64,000 bases of DNA from Planctomycetota bacterium (lineage in GTDB: Bacteria; Planctomycetota; PLA2; JAEUHO01), in assembly GCA_050248855.1 (NCBI GenBank), contig JBFWRP010000009.1, forward strand, positions 99,600 through 163,599. Direction: 5' to 3'. Below are positions 41,086 through 50,375 of this stretch, one piece after another (position 1 is the stretch's first letter; each line of letters starts with the position of its first letter). Below the pieces are notes generated by a model. It had not been told where the DNA came from. It did not search any database and saw only the letters and a program-made list of their open reading frames with translations. The position numbers and the translations under genes were made by a program.

Positions 41086-42269
41086 GCGGCCGCCTGCCGG
41101 GCAACGTGCACCACGAGCTTGCGCACGAAGTGCAACGCCAAGCCGAGGGCAATGACGATGCACGCGATCAGCGGTACGCGGTCGGACGGGTTGCGGACGA
41201 CGGCCAGCTGGCTCCACGGCGGCCCCCGACCGTCGGGTGGGCCGTAGCTGGCTTGGTAGAAGGTGTAGCCGCGGTGGCGCAGCGGCTCGTTCATGCGGAT
41301 GTGCACGCGACGCGCCGTACCGCCTTCGAGCACGGTGACATGGCTCGAGAAGGAGCGCGCCATGCCCGAGCCGGGGTGTGTCTCCATCTCGAAATCGTCC
41401 AGCCGCACGGCGAAGGGATGGGCGCCGCCGCCAAGCGGCCAGGTCCGACGGCGCAGGTCCAGCTCGAACCGCCGCCCCCCCTCCTCGAAGGCAAAGGGGT
41501 GCATCTGCAGGCCGTAGAGCAACGCCCGGTGCACGGTCCCGGAGGCATCGCGGAGCGAGGCCACCAGGCCCGGCACGTTGATCTGGTCGCCCTTGGTCAC
41601 GGGGTCGAGCACTTCCAAGGCCAGCCCCCCCACCCCTCGTCCCTCGCCGACTTCCGCAATCCGCGCGTTGCGCGCCCAGCCCGAGAGCTCCACCGCAAAC
41701 GGCAGGTCCGGCGCCGTGAAGCGACGGCGGTCGCCATCGACGAGGCGCTCGAGCTGCGCTTGCGGCACCAGGTGCTCGCGCAGCAGGCCGCCTGCGAGCC
41801 GCTCGGCGATCACGACCTCCCACTCCTCGTGGCTCATGAAGCTCTCGGCCGTCTGTCCCTCCCGCAGGCGGACGAAGCCCTTGTCGCTGCCTTGGTGCTC
41901 CACGTAGGAGCCGACCAGCAGCAGCACGATGCCCAGGTGCGCGACCAGCACGCCGAGCGTGGCCTTGCGCTTGCGCATGCGCACGATGCCCCCCAGCACG
42001 AGGTTGACGAGCAGCACGGCGAGCAGCAGGTACGCGCCAGGGAGCAGCAGGGGGACGGGTCCCGCGTGCACGAGCACGAAGGCGCTCTCGAAGTACTCGC
42101 GCTGCACGTCGTAGATCGTGCGCGTGGCCTGCGCCATGGTGCCGAACCACGTCAGGACCAAAAGCAGCACGAGGACGAGGACGGCCAGATGGAACGAACC
42201 CGCGAAGCGCAGACCGGCACGGCCCCACGTCGCAAGGCGCGCCACCCAGCCGGTTGCCCCCTCACTCAC
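41082..42269 (-). CDS. Cytochrome c biogenesis protein ResB/CcsB-like
   Basis: GTMAQ, GVLVAHLGIVLLLVG, FAVRLDDF, SFSSHV, IRMNEPLRHRGYTFYQASY. Confidence 0.88.
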   Translation of the reverse strand: MSEGATGWVARLATWGRAGLRFAGSFHLAVLVLVLLLVLTWFGTMAQATRTIYDVQREYFESAFVLVHAGPVPLLLPGAYLLLAVLLVNLVLGGIVRMRKRKATLGVLVAHLGIVLLLVGSYVEHQGSDKGFVRLREGQTAESFMSHEEWEVVIAERLAGGLLREHLVPQAQLERLVDGDRRRFTAPDLPFAVELSGWARNARIAEVGEGRGVGGLALEVLDPVTKGDQINVPGLVASLRDASGTVHRALLYGLQMHPFAFEEGGRRFELDLRRRTWPLGGGAHPFAVRLDDFEMETHPGSGMARSFSSHVTVLEGGTARRVHIRMNEPLRHRGYTFYQASYGPPDGRGPPWSQLAVVRNPSDRVPLIACIVIALGLALHFVRKLVVHVARQAAA

Positions 42270-43443
42270 GCAGCGACTCCACGAGGGCACGGAACGCGTC
42301 CCACGCCGGCTTCATCTCCTCGGTGGGCCCCCACATCTTGACGAAGACGGTGTCTTCGTCACGCGGGAGGATGGCGCCGTAGAGGGTGGCGGGAACGCCT
42401 TCGCCTCCGTCCTCGGTGCCCGTCCTGCCATCGGCGCGCAGGAACACGGCGGTGGTGCCGAGCAGCGAGGTGCGCTCGAGCGCCGCGTACTCGCCGTCCG
42501 TCAGGGGCCCCAGGCCCAGCTGGCGGCGCCACTCGGTGAGGTTGGCCGCGACACCCCCTCCGGCTCCTCCGAGGACGGTGACCAGGCACTGCGTGTCCTT
42601 CGTGTTGGCCGGCCTGAACGTGGCCAGGCGCGGCGGTCGGCTCTCGACCTCCTCCCAGCCCGGCGGCACGTCCCAGGCCAGCGGCGCAGTCGTCGGACGC
42701 GGACGTTGGGGCCGTGCGCCTTCGCCCGCCGCCGTGGGCGGGTGGCCGGCGGGCAGCGAGCCGGCGGGCGCCTCGCGCAGGCTCTTCGCGAACGCCAAGA
42801 AGGCCTCGCGCTCCGCTTCGACCTCCTCCGCGGGTCCGATCAGCTTCAGGAACACGCTCTGCCCGCCCTGCGGCACGATGATCCCGAGCAGGCGGGCGCC
42901 GGCGATCGAGGGACCGCTCATGCCGCGGAAGGTCCCCCGCACGTCGACGAGCACGGCCGGTGCGCCGAGCACCTCGACGTGCGGCAGGTCGCCGAGCTCG
43001 GCGGCACTGGCCGGCTCCAGGCCCATCTGGCGTCGCCACCGCTGCACGTTGTCCTCGAGCGCGCCGCCCGCGACGCTGAGCGTCATCCGCGTGTCGACGT
43101 GCTCTTCCATGGCGAACGCGGCGAGGGTCGCCGGCGGCGCCTTGGTCTCGAGCCAGCCCGGAGGCAGGTCCCAGGCGAACCGTCCGCCGCCCGAAGGCAT
43201 GCCGCCGCCCGGCAACCCCATGCCCCCTGGGCTCCCCATGCCTCCCATGCCAGGGATGCCGGCGTGGGGGTCCACGCCCACGCCGAGCCGCGAAGCCTCG
43301 TCCACCTCTGCCGGCGCGGGGCCTTGTATCGGCCGCACCTCGCGCACGTCGGTGATCTCGACGGGCGGCGGGTCGCCGCCGCAGGCGGTCGAGAGGAGGG
43401 TGAGTGCCGTGGCGGCTCCCCGACGAAGCGTGCACGTCCGCAT
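42262..43443 (-). CDS. Lipoprotein with two internal repeat domains, coupled to ccsBA
   Basis: STA-C lipobox; two copies of WDxPPGW...ATF...GG...N..xWRRQxGL...F.K..GP; linkers with PHAG and LPAGHPP. Confidence 0.75.
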   Translation of the reverse strand: MRTCTLRRGAATALTLLSTACGGDPPPVEITDVREVRPIQGPAPAEVDEASRLGVGVDPHAGIPGMGGMGSPGGMGLPGGGMPSGGGRFAWDLPPGWLETKAPPATLAAFAMEEHVDTRMTLSVAGGALEDNVQRWRRQMGLEPASAAELGDLPHVEVLGAPAVLVDVRGTFRGMSGPSIAGARLLGIIVPQGGQSVFLKLIGPAEEVEAEREAFLAFAKSLREAPAGSLPAGHPPTAAGEGARPQRPRPTTAPLAWDVPPGWEEVESRPPRLATFRPANTKDTQCLVTVLGGAGGGVAANLTEWRRQLGLGPLTDGEYAALERTSLLGTTAVFLRADGRTGTEDGGEGVPATLYGAILPRDEDTVFVKMWGPTEEMKPAWDAFRALVESLRE

Positions 43444-43455
43444 GGGACCTCCAGG

Positions 43456-45561
43456 TCAGCGCGCCCGGGGGGCGCGCAGCAGCTCGCCGTCGGGCTTGGG
43501 CAAGAAGGGGAGCCCGGACGGGTCGTGGCAGCTCGTGCCACAGGCGTCGGTGTAGGGGATGGGCATCGCGCGCATGGGCGTCTCGCCCGCGACGTCCGGA
43601 TTCGTCGTGCGGGGCAGCGGTGCGAAGAGGTGGCTCGTGCGATCCCCTCGCCAGTACAGCAGGTGCTCATCGGCGGCCGTGCCCGTGAGGGGTCCCAGCG
43701 GGAAGCCGGGCGTGCCCGCGCCCCCCCGGCCGGTCGCCGGCATGTGGCAGCGCGAGCACACCGTGCCGATGCCCGCATGCGTGCTGCCCGTGCGGTCCTG
43801 CATGTGCTGCAGGTGGTCCACGTTGTGGCAGCGGAAGCACAAGAGGCTCAGCGGGTCCGTGTGGTCGTAGAGCAGGTGGTGCAGGGCGGTGGATTCTCCG
43901 TGGTTGTCGTGGCAGTCCTGGCATGTGACCAGGATGCGGTCGTTGCGGGCCTTGGGCGAGCGCACGAGCTCGCTGGCCTGCTGGTGGTCGAAGCGCGCGT
44001 GGATGCCGTCGCTCCAGAGGTCCGTCGGCGCCGGCCCCTTGACGCTCACGTAGCTGGCCAGGAACTCGGCGCGCGACAGGCCCGCGGGCGGCATGCGGTC
44101 GTTGGCGTCCAGCGGGGCCTGCGACGGTACCGTGCCCTGGCCCACGACGCGCTCGTGGCAGCGGCCGCAGAGCATCAGCTGCCGCGAGGGGCTCAACGCG
44201 CCCGGCGAGACGATGAAGCGCGCCGCGTGGGCCGCGTTGGCGGGATGCGCCGCCCACGCGGCATGCTCCTGGCCGCGCCCGTGGCACGACTCGCAGCCCA
44301 CGTTGATCTCGTCGAGGAAGCCATCGCCCTCCAGGTCGAGCACACCGCTCGGGTCGCGCACGGCGCGCGCGAGCCGCTCCCCGCCCACGTCCGCATACCC
44401 CTCGTAGCCCGTGAAGTGACAGCCCGCGCAGCGCGCCTCGAACGTGGCGTCCGGCGCGGGGTCGCGCAGCAGCTGGGCGCCCTCGTCGAAGAACAGGGAC
44501 AGGTCCAGGTCGCGGAAGCGGCGGCGCGTCCAGTCGTACCGGGCATCGCTGCCGGTCAGGTGGTACTGGCCGAGGGGGTAGTGGCCCTTGCGCCCCGGAA
44601 CACGCACCAGGTAGACCTGCCTGCCGACCGCGCCACCGTAGGTGAGCTCGACCTCCAGCGTGAAGCGTGGCGCGCCGTTGCGCGGGTCGGCCGGGTTGAC
44701 GAGGTTGTCCAACGTGATCTTGCGCTTGCCGTCACCGAGATCGCGCCACAGCCAGGCCCGAAGCCAAGGCGTGCCGCCCGGTGACGGGTCGTCCGGCGAT
44801 GTCAGGAAGACGTCCTGGCCGCGCAGCGGATCGCGGTCGGAGAACCAGATCGCCGTCCCGCCCTCGGGCACCACGGCGTCCACGAACGGCGCCCACCCGG
44901 CGGTGAACATCGGGTGCAGCGACAGATCCTGATGCGCCGTCGGCTGGCCCGGCTTGACCAAGCCGATGCGGTGGGCGTGCCGGGCGGCAACCGCCTGCTC
45001 GTCGTGGCAGATCAGGCACGTGCTGGAGCCGATGTACGTCGAGGCCGGCGACGGGTTGCCCGAGAGCACGAGCTGCGTCTCCTGGCCGACGAACAGGTAG
45101 TGGTCTCGCGCGAAGCGCCCTTCGGTGCCGCCGGGCAGGTGCTCGAGGTCGCCGGGAGCCGGGACGACGAGCCAGAAGTAACGGCCGGGGGGGATGTCCG
45201 GGACGACGGCACGTCCGTCGGCATCCGTGACGGCCTGCGGGAACGTGGCGCCGCGCAGGCGCACGGCGTCCTCCAGCGGCTCGTCGCGATCTTCGGCATC
45301 GCCGCTCAGGACCTGGGCCGCGCTGATCGAACGCTTGTCGACGCCGCTCGTGGGGACGACATGGACCGTGGCGCCGGCGACCGGCAAGCCCGCCCGGTCC
45401 ACGACCACGAAGGTTGCATCGCCGCCCGGCTGGAGCGTGCCGTCGTCCCCCCCGCCGCTGCCGCCACATCCCGAGGTGGACGCGAAGAGGGCGAGGAACG
45501 ACACCACCAAGGTGCCCAGCGCAATCCCGCGGGCGACGTGGGCCTCGACTCCCGTGCGCAT
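43456..45561 (-). CDS. Multiheme c-type cytochrome lipoprotein (7 CxxCH + 1 CxxxCH)
   Basis: TSG-C lipobox + Gly linker; YIGSSTCLICH, CAGCH, VGCESCHG, CGRCH, CQDCH, CFRCH, CSRCHMP, CGTSCH. Confidence 0.85.
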   Translation of the reverse strand: MRTGVEAHVARGIALGTLVVSFLALFASTSGCGGSGGGDDGTLQPGGDATFVVVDRAGLPVAGATVHVVPTSGVDKRSISAAQVLSGDAEDRDEPLEDAVRLRGATFPQAVTDADGRAVVPDIPPGRYFWLVVPAPGDLEHLPGGTEGRFARDHYLFVGQETQLVLSGNPSPASTYIGSSTCLICHDEQAVAARHAHRIGLVKPGQPTAHQDLSLHPMFTAGWAPFVDAVVPEGGTAIWFSDRDPLRGQDVFLTSPDDPSPGGTPWLRAWLWRDLGDGKRKITLDNLVNPADPRNGAPRFTLEVELTYGGAVGRQVYLVRVPGRKGHYPLGQYHLTGSDARYDWTRRRFRDLDLSLFFDEGAQLLRDPAPDATFEARCAGCHFTGYEGYADVGGERLARAVRDPSGVLDLEGDGFLDEINVGCESCHGRGQEHAAWAAHPANAAHAARFIVSPGALSPSRQLMLCGRCHERVVGQGTVPSQAPLDANDRMPPAGLSRAEFLASYVSVKGPAPTDLWSDGIHARFDHQQASELVRSPKARNDRILVTCQDCHDNHGESTALHHLLYDHTDPLSLLCFRCHNVDHLQHMQDRTGSTHAGIGTVCSRCHMPATGRGGAGTPGFPLGPLTGTAADEHLLYWRGDRTSHLFAPLPRTTNPDVAGETPMRAMPIPYTDACGTSCHDPSGLPFLPKPDGELLRAPRAR

Positions 45562-45650
45562 TCCCCTACTCTAGCGGCGGGAGCGAGGCGCCGGCACGCG
45601 TGTGTTGCGGTGCGTGACGGCTTCCCCGGCGAAGCCGGAGCGGAGCGAGG

Positions 45651-47357
45651 ATGCGAGGTGCGTGCGCACACGGCGCCGTCCTGCTGCTGACCGCGGTCCT
45701 CGCCGCGTCGTCCACGGCTCCCGCGTGGGCCGACGAGGTCGGTCCCTACGGCACGCCGCCCGCGCCGCGCCTGGGCCCGCCGCCGTCCGATGGCGCACCG
45801 CTCCCCGGGCCCGTGGGCGAGCCCGCGCTTCCGGATCGTCTTCTCGGCAGCGGGCGAAGTGGCGAAAACGGCACGGCAAGGGTGGATCAGGGCCCTCCTT
45901 CGAGCGACCCGACGCTGGCCCCCGCGGCGCCTCCGGTCGCGCAGGGAGCCGAGCGCCCCGACGCTCCGTACCCGGAGATCCTGCTGCCCGTGCCGCAGCC
46001 CGACCTGGACCTCGCCTCGTGGCCCGCACGCGTGACGGGCCTCGACCTGTGGGGCACGCGGCGCGTCGGCGCGCTGCTCGGGCATGGACCGCGCGACCCG
46101 CGCGGCACGGCGGGCTCCAAGGTCCATGGGTCGCTGGCCGTGCGCTACCGCGGTCGCGTCCGCTCCGGCGGCCAGGATGACCACGACCTGTTTGAAGCGC
46201 TCCGTGTCGACGTCGGCGACGGCTGGTCGCGCGGTTGGTACACCAGCTTCCACGGTCGCTTGTCCGAGGACCTGGACGAGTTCGGTACGGGTTCGAGCTT
46301 CTCGTTCTGGTCGTCGGTCGCCGACACGCGCGACCATCGCGTCGATGCCCGCATCTGGCACGCCTACGTGGGTGTCCGCCCGTGCGGAGGCCCCGTCGAG
46401 GACGTGCGCGTCGGTCGCCAGGACGTGGACGCCGGCGCCTACCTGCACATGGATGGCATCCGCGTGACGACGCGTCCGCTGCGGGCCCTGGGCGGCGCCA
46501 CGCTCGTGGCGTTCGGCGGCGTGCCCAGCACGCAGTACTACGACGGCGCCGCGGGTGACCTGATCACGGGCGTGAGCGTCGAGCGTTCGCTCGGCTCCTG
46601 CACCACGGCCCGCTTGGACTACGTCTACATCCACGACACGAGCGGCTTCGAGAGCGCCGAGCACAACCACCTCTGGACGGCGGAGCTGCGCCGGCGCCTC
46701 GCCCGCGACGCCGTGGCTTGGTTGCGCTACTCGCACCAGAACGGCAACCCGAACGAGCTCGAGGTCGTCTACGACGGGCCGCTACGTCGCCCCGACGTCT
46801 TCGTCCGCGTCCGCTACAAGGCCCTGCTGCACGAGCAGGACGACATCACGTACGAGCTCGACCCGTACACGATCCTCTTGCAGGCCCTGGCGCCGTACCA
46901 CGAGGCCTCCGTGCACGTGTCGCGCATGTTGGGACGCTGCTGGTTCGTGGAGGGGGGTGCCTACGGCCGCTGGCTCGCCGAGGGCGGCGACGAGGCCCGC
47001 TACAACCACGAGTTCCAGCGCTTCCACGCGATGCTCGGCCGCAAGGACTGGCCGCGCCGCGGCTGGTCCCTGGGCCTGACCGGCGAGGTCTGGACCGGCG
47101 ACGAGACGATTGCCGCGATCGGCTTCGAGGCCGAGCACCGTCCCTCGCGCTGCTGGCGCCTGCGGGTCGGAACCGACTTCCAGCGCTACCGCACGGACTT
47201 CTGGCGCCAGGACGAGCGGCTGGACTCACGCTCCGTCTACGTGGACGCCCGCTGGCAGCCGACCGACCGCTGGAGCTTGCGCGTCCGCGTGCGCTACGAA
47301 GACGACGACCTCGCCTCGGCGTGGACCGTGGACACGGGTGCGGAGGTCCGGTTCTGA
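45651..47357 (+). CDS. Outer-membrane beta-barrel protein (putative cytochrome-associated porin)
   Basis: Signal peptide (..AWA), Pro-rich N-terminus, alternating aromatic beta-strands, C-terminal ...GAEVRF; directly upstream of a multiheme gene. Confidence 0.72.
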   Translation: MRGACAHGAVLLLTAVLAASSTAPAWADEVGPYGTPPAPRLGPPPSDGAPLPGPVGEPALPDRLLGSGRSGENGTARVDQGPPSSDPTLAPAAPPVAQGAERPDAPYPEILLPVPQPDLDLASWPARVTGLDLWGTRRVGALLGHGPRDPRGTAGSKVHGSLAVRYRGRVRSGGQDDHDLFEALRVDVGDGWSRGWYTSFHGRLSEDLDEFGTGSSFSFWSSVADTRDHRVDARIWHAYVGVRPCGGPVEDVRVGRQDVDAGAYLHMDGIRVTTRPLRALGGATLVAFGGVPSTQYYDGAAGDLITGVSVERSLGSCTTARLDYVYIHDTSGFESAEHNHLWTAELRRRLARDAVAWLRYSHQNGNPNELEVVYDGPLRRPDVFVRVRYKALLHEQDDITYELDPYTILLQALAPYHEASVHVSRMLGRCWFVEGGAYGRWLAEGGDEARYNHEFQRFHAMLGRKDWPRRGWSLGLTGEVWTGDETIAAIGFEAEHRPSRCWRLRVGTDFQRYRTDFWRQDERLDSRSVYVDARWQPTDRWSLRVRVRYEDDDLASAWTVDTGAEVRF

Positions 47358-47370
47358 TGGGGTCCCCCCG

Positions 47371-49125
47371 ATGAGTCGCGCCCGCGCCCCCCGTTGGTGG
47401 ATCGCCGTCGCCCTGGTGGCCTGGGTCGGCGCCGGCTGGCTCGTGGACGCTTCGCGCGCGGACGACGACGACCCCGCGCGCCCCAAGGCCGGGGCGCCGA
47501 TCGTGGGCGGGCCCCGCCTGGACCACAAGGCGCACATGGCACGGGGGCTCGCGTGCCTGGACTGCCACCAGCCCACCAAGGGTCTCGACGAGAAGCTGCA
47601 GCCGGGCCCGGCCACGCTCGACACCTGCCAGCGCTGCCACGCCGACATCGACAAGCACAAGCCGGAGTCCGAGCACGTCGACAAGGTCTTCTTCGACGAG
47701 CAGGGGCGTCCCAAGCGCCAGCGCGCGGTCCTGCCGTTCACGGGGGACGTCATCTGGTCCCACGGCCCCCACACGGACGTGGACTGCCTCTCGTGCCACC
47801 AGGACATCCTGGAGACCAACGTCCGTCGCGCCCAGCCGCTGATGGACATGGACGACTGCATGGCCTGCCACCACGAGCGGCAGGCCGACAACTCGTGCGC
47901 CGCGTGCCACACGGCCATCCGCTCGAACACGCCGCCTCGCACGCACGACCGCGCGTGGACGACCAACCACGGCACGGTCGTCAAGACCGCCGCCGCCGAG
48001 GGCGAACGCGACACCTGCTCGTGGTGCCACACGCCCGACTCGTGCGCGACGTGCCACGCCACCAAGCGCCCCGCGTCACATGGCCCGACCTGGGTCGGCG
48101 AGCACGGGCCGCTGCTGCGCACGGCCCAGCGCCAGGGCGAGGCCACCAACTGCGCGTTCTGCCACACCGAAGACGGGTGCCAGCAGTGCCACACGCAGAA
48201 GCGCCCGCCGTCGCACGATGCCGGCTGGCTCGCAGGCCATGGCCCGGGCCTCGTGGCGGCCCAGCGCGCCGACCAGCCCGTCAACTGCCTCTTCTGCCAC
48301 CAGCAGAACCAGTGCGACACGTGCCACGCCACGGTCAAGCCGCCGTCGCATGACGCCCTGTGGCGCGAGGGTCATGCGCAGCTGCTCCGTACCGGCGGGA
48401 CGCCGGCGCTGGACCGCTGCGTGCTCTGCCACCAGGACGGGGCGTGGTGCGACACGTGCCACCACGAGCAGCTTCCCGCCAGCCACGACGCGGCCTGGAT
48501 CGCGGGCCACGGCAACGTGCTCGCCGCCGGGGGCCGTGCGGCCCTGGCCCGCTGCTCGTTCTGCCATCAGGACGAGCAGTTCTGCGACGACTGCCACCGC
48601 TCGAAGGCACCGCCATCGCACGACGCGCTGTGGACGCTGCGCCACGGCGACGCCTACATGCACGGCGGCCGGGCCGGGGCCCAGCGCTGCGCGTTCTGCC
48701 ACACGGAGCCCTCGTTCTGCGAGGACTGCCACAAGGACACGCCGCCGCAGGACCACACCAACCTGTTCCGGCTCAAGACGCACGGCCTGCTCTCGGCGAT
48801 CGACCGCGAGCGCTGCCAGGTCTGCCACCAGAGCGACTTCTGCGTGCGTTGCCACGAGGAGACCCCGCCGCAGTCGCACGGACCGGGCTGGTCGGGCCGC
48901 CAGAGCCGTCACTGCATCGGCTGTCACTTCCCCATCTCGCGCGAGCCGTCGTGCCGTGTCTGCCACTTCAACAACCCGTCACACGACACCGCACCGTCCC
49001 AGCCGCCGAGCCACGGCCCGGGCCTCAACTGCCGCCTGTGCCACAACAGCGTCGGCGGCGGCGGCGCACCGCCCTTGGCCCATCCCGACAACGGGATCAG
49101 CTGCGAGCTGTGCCACCGCCGGTAG
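47371..49125 (+). CDS. Periplasmic 23-heme repeat cytochrome c
   Basis: Signal peptide; 23 CxxCH in ~584 aa; eight ~40-aa repeats PxxH..W...H-(x)n-CxxCH-x3-5-CxxCH. Confidence 0.9.
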   Translation: MSRARAPRWWIAVALVAWVGAGWLVDASRADDDDPARPKAGAPIVGGPRLDHKAHMARGLACLDCHQPTKGLDEKLQPGPATLDTCQRCHADIDKHKPESEHVDKVFFDEQGRPKRQRAVLPFTGDVIWSHGPHTDVDCLSCHQDILETNVRRAQPLMDMDDCMACHHERQADNSCAACHTAIRSNTPPRTHDRAWTTNHGTVVKTAAAEGERDTCSWCHTPDSCATCHATKRPASHGPTWVGEHGPLLRTAQRQGEATNCAFCHTEDGCQQCHTQKRPPSHDAGWLAGHGPGLVAAQRADQPVNCLFCHQQNQCDTCHATVKPPSHDALWREGHAQLLRTGGTPALDRCVLCHQDGAWCDTCHHEQLPASHDAAWIAGHGNVLAAGGRAALARCSFCHQDEQFCDDCHRSKAPPSHDALWTLRHGDAYMHGGRAGAQRCAFCHTEPSFCEDCHKDTPPQDHTNLFRLKTHGLLSAIDRERCQVCHQSDFCVRCHEETPPQSHGPGWSGRQSRHCIGCHFPISREPSCRVCHFNNPSHDTAPSQPPSHGPGLNCRLCHNSVGGGGAPPLAHPDNGISCELCHRR

Positions 49126-49134
49126 GCGGCGCCG

Positions 49135-50310
49135 TCAGCGCGGCCTGGACTCCGCGGTGCCCGCGACGCGCCACGTTCCCTCGGCATCCCGCACGAGGAG
49201 CAGGTCCCACCCGCTGTAGGGCGCGGGCAGGCGGATGCGCGCGCTGCTCGCCGACACCTCGATGCGATCGGGCTGTGCATCAAGCTCCGCGCGCACGCCC
49301 TGGAGGCGCGCGGCGGCTTCGGCGGGACGCAAGCCGCGGCGCAGCTCGATGCGGCGGGCCTCCAGCCACGCACGGCGACCCGGCGTGTCCATCGAGTCCA
49401 CGTCGGTACCAGGCACGCCCAGGTCGGCCGACCACGCGACCAAGCGCGCCGCGAGGTCCAGGTAGCCACGCTCGAGCGCGTAGAGGAAGCGCGTCGCGGC
49501 CACGACGGGCGTCGTGGGCTCCGCGGTCAACAGGTCCCAGCCAGGTGCGCTGTCGTCCTTGTACGGGCCTTCCACGAGCGTGGCCTCGCCCTCGGGCGTG
49601 GCCACGGCGAGCGTGCGCACCGCACCCGTCTCGATGTCGACCCGCAGCGTGACCGCCCCGACGCCCTGCAGCGCGATGTGCACGGTGCCGGCCTCGCCCG
49701 GGTCGAGGCCGACGTCGAGGTCGCGGGCCGCGAGCCGTACGGGACCGGGCATGTCGTCGTAGACGTGGGTGCTGCGGTAGACGCCCGGTGCCCGTGCCAG
49801 GACGGGAGCCAGCAACACGTACGGCGCCACGCCGGCCAGGGCCGACCCGCCGAACGGCTCGACGCGGGGCTCGCCGTCGTGTTCACGGATCTTCACGGTG
49901 TCGCCCTCGGCCTCCAGCGTCACGCGGCGCGTGCCTGCCGACGACCGCCGGCGGAGGGTGGCGTCGACCAGACGGAGCGATGGGGTCCAGCGGCTCTCGC
50001 GCGCCAGCTCCACGTGTCCGTCGAGCCGCAAGACCTCCGCAAGCCGCCAGCCTGGCACCTCGCCCGCCGCGGATCGCCGGGCCATCAGGGACCACGTGCC
50101 CACGCGGCGTGCGCCGCGGACCAGCTCCCCGTGCACCACGAAGGGACGCAGGGCCTCGGGGGTCTCGGCGGCGCCCAGGACCTGCTGGAAGTGCTGCCAC
50201 GCCTCGACCGGCGCGGACGCCTCGTCGGCCCGGCCCGGGCCTCCTGCGCCGCTGCCCAGCGCGGCAGCCGCGAGCAAGGCCCACCTGGCGATCCGCATGC
50301 GGCCTCCCAT
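49135..50310 (-). CDS. Hypothetical exported protein
   Basis: Signal-like N-terminus; TACGAT box 7 nt before ATG; no recognisable motif. Confidence 0.55.
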   Translation of the reverse strand: MGGRMRIARWALLAAAALGSGAGGPGRADEASAPVEAWQHFQQVLGAAETPEALRPFVVHGELVRGARRVGTWSLMARRSAAGEVPGWRLAEVLRLDGHVELARESRWTPSLRLVDATLRRRSSAGTRRVTLEAEGDTVKIREHDGEPRVEPFGGSALAGVAPYVLLAPVLARAPGVYRSTHVYDDMPGPVRLAARDLDVGLDPGEAGTVHIALQGVGAVTLRVDIETGAVRTLAVATPEGEATLVEGPYKDDSAPGWDLLTAEPTTPVVAATRFLYALERGYLDLAARLVAWSADLGVPGTDVDSMDTPGRRAWLEARRIELRRGLRPAEAAARLQGVRAELDAQPDRIEVSASSARIRLPAPYSGWDLLLVRDAEGTWRVAGTAESRPR

Positions 50311-50375
50311 GGGCCGGATCGTACCGCGCGTCCGGTTAGGTTGGCCGCCGACGACCCCGGAGAGGAGGGAGCCCG

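Noticed and set aside
47226..48338. Trp/Gln/His-periodic minus-strand ORF (WHxxQ repeats)
   Set aside because: Simply the reverse complement of the CxxCH codons of the 23-heme gene.
47930..48970. Regularly spaced DNA repeats resembling a CRISPR array
   Set aside because: The repeats are degenerate, in frame and protein coding; no identical direct repeats with unique spacers and no cas genes in the window.
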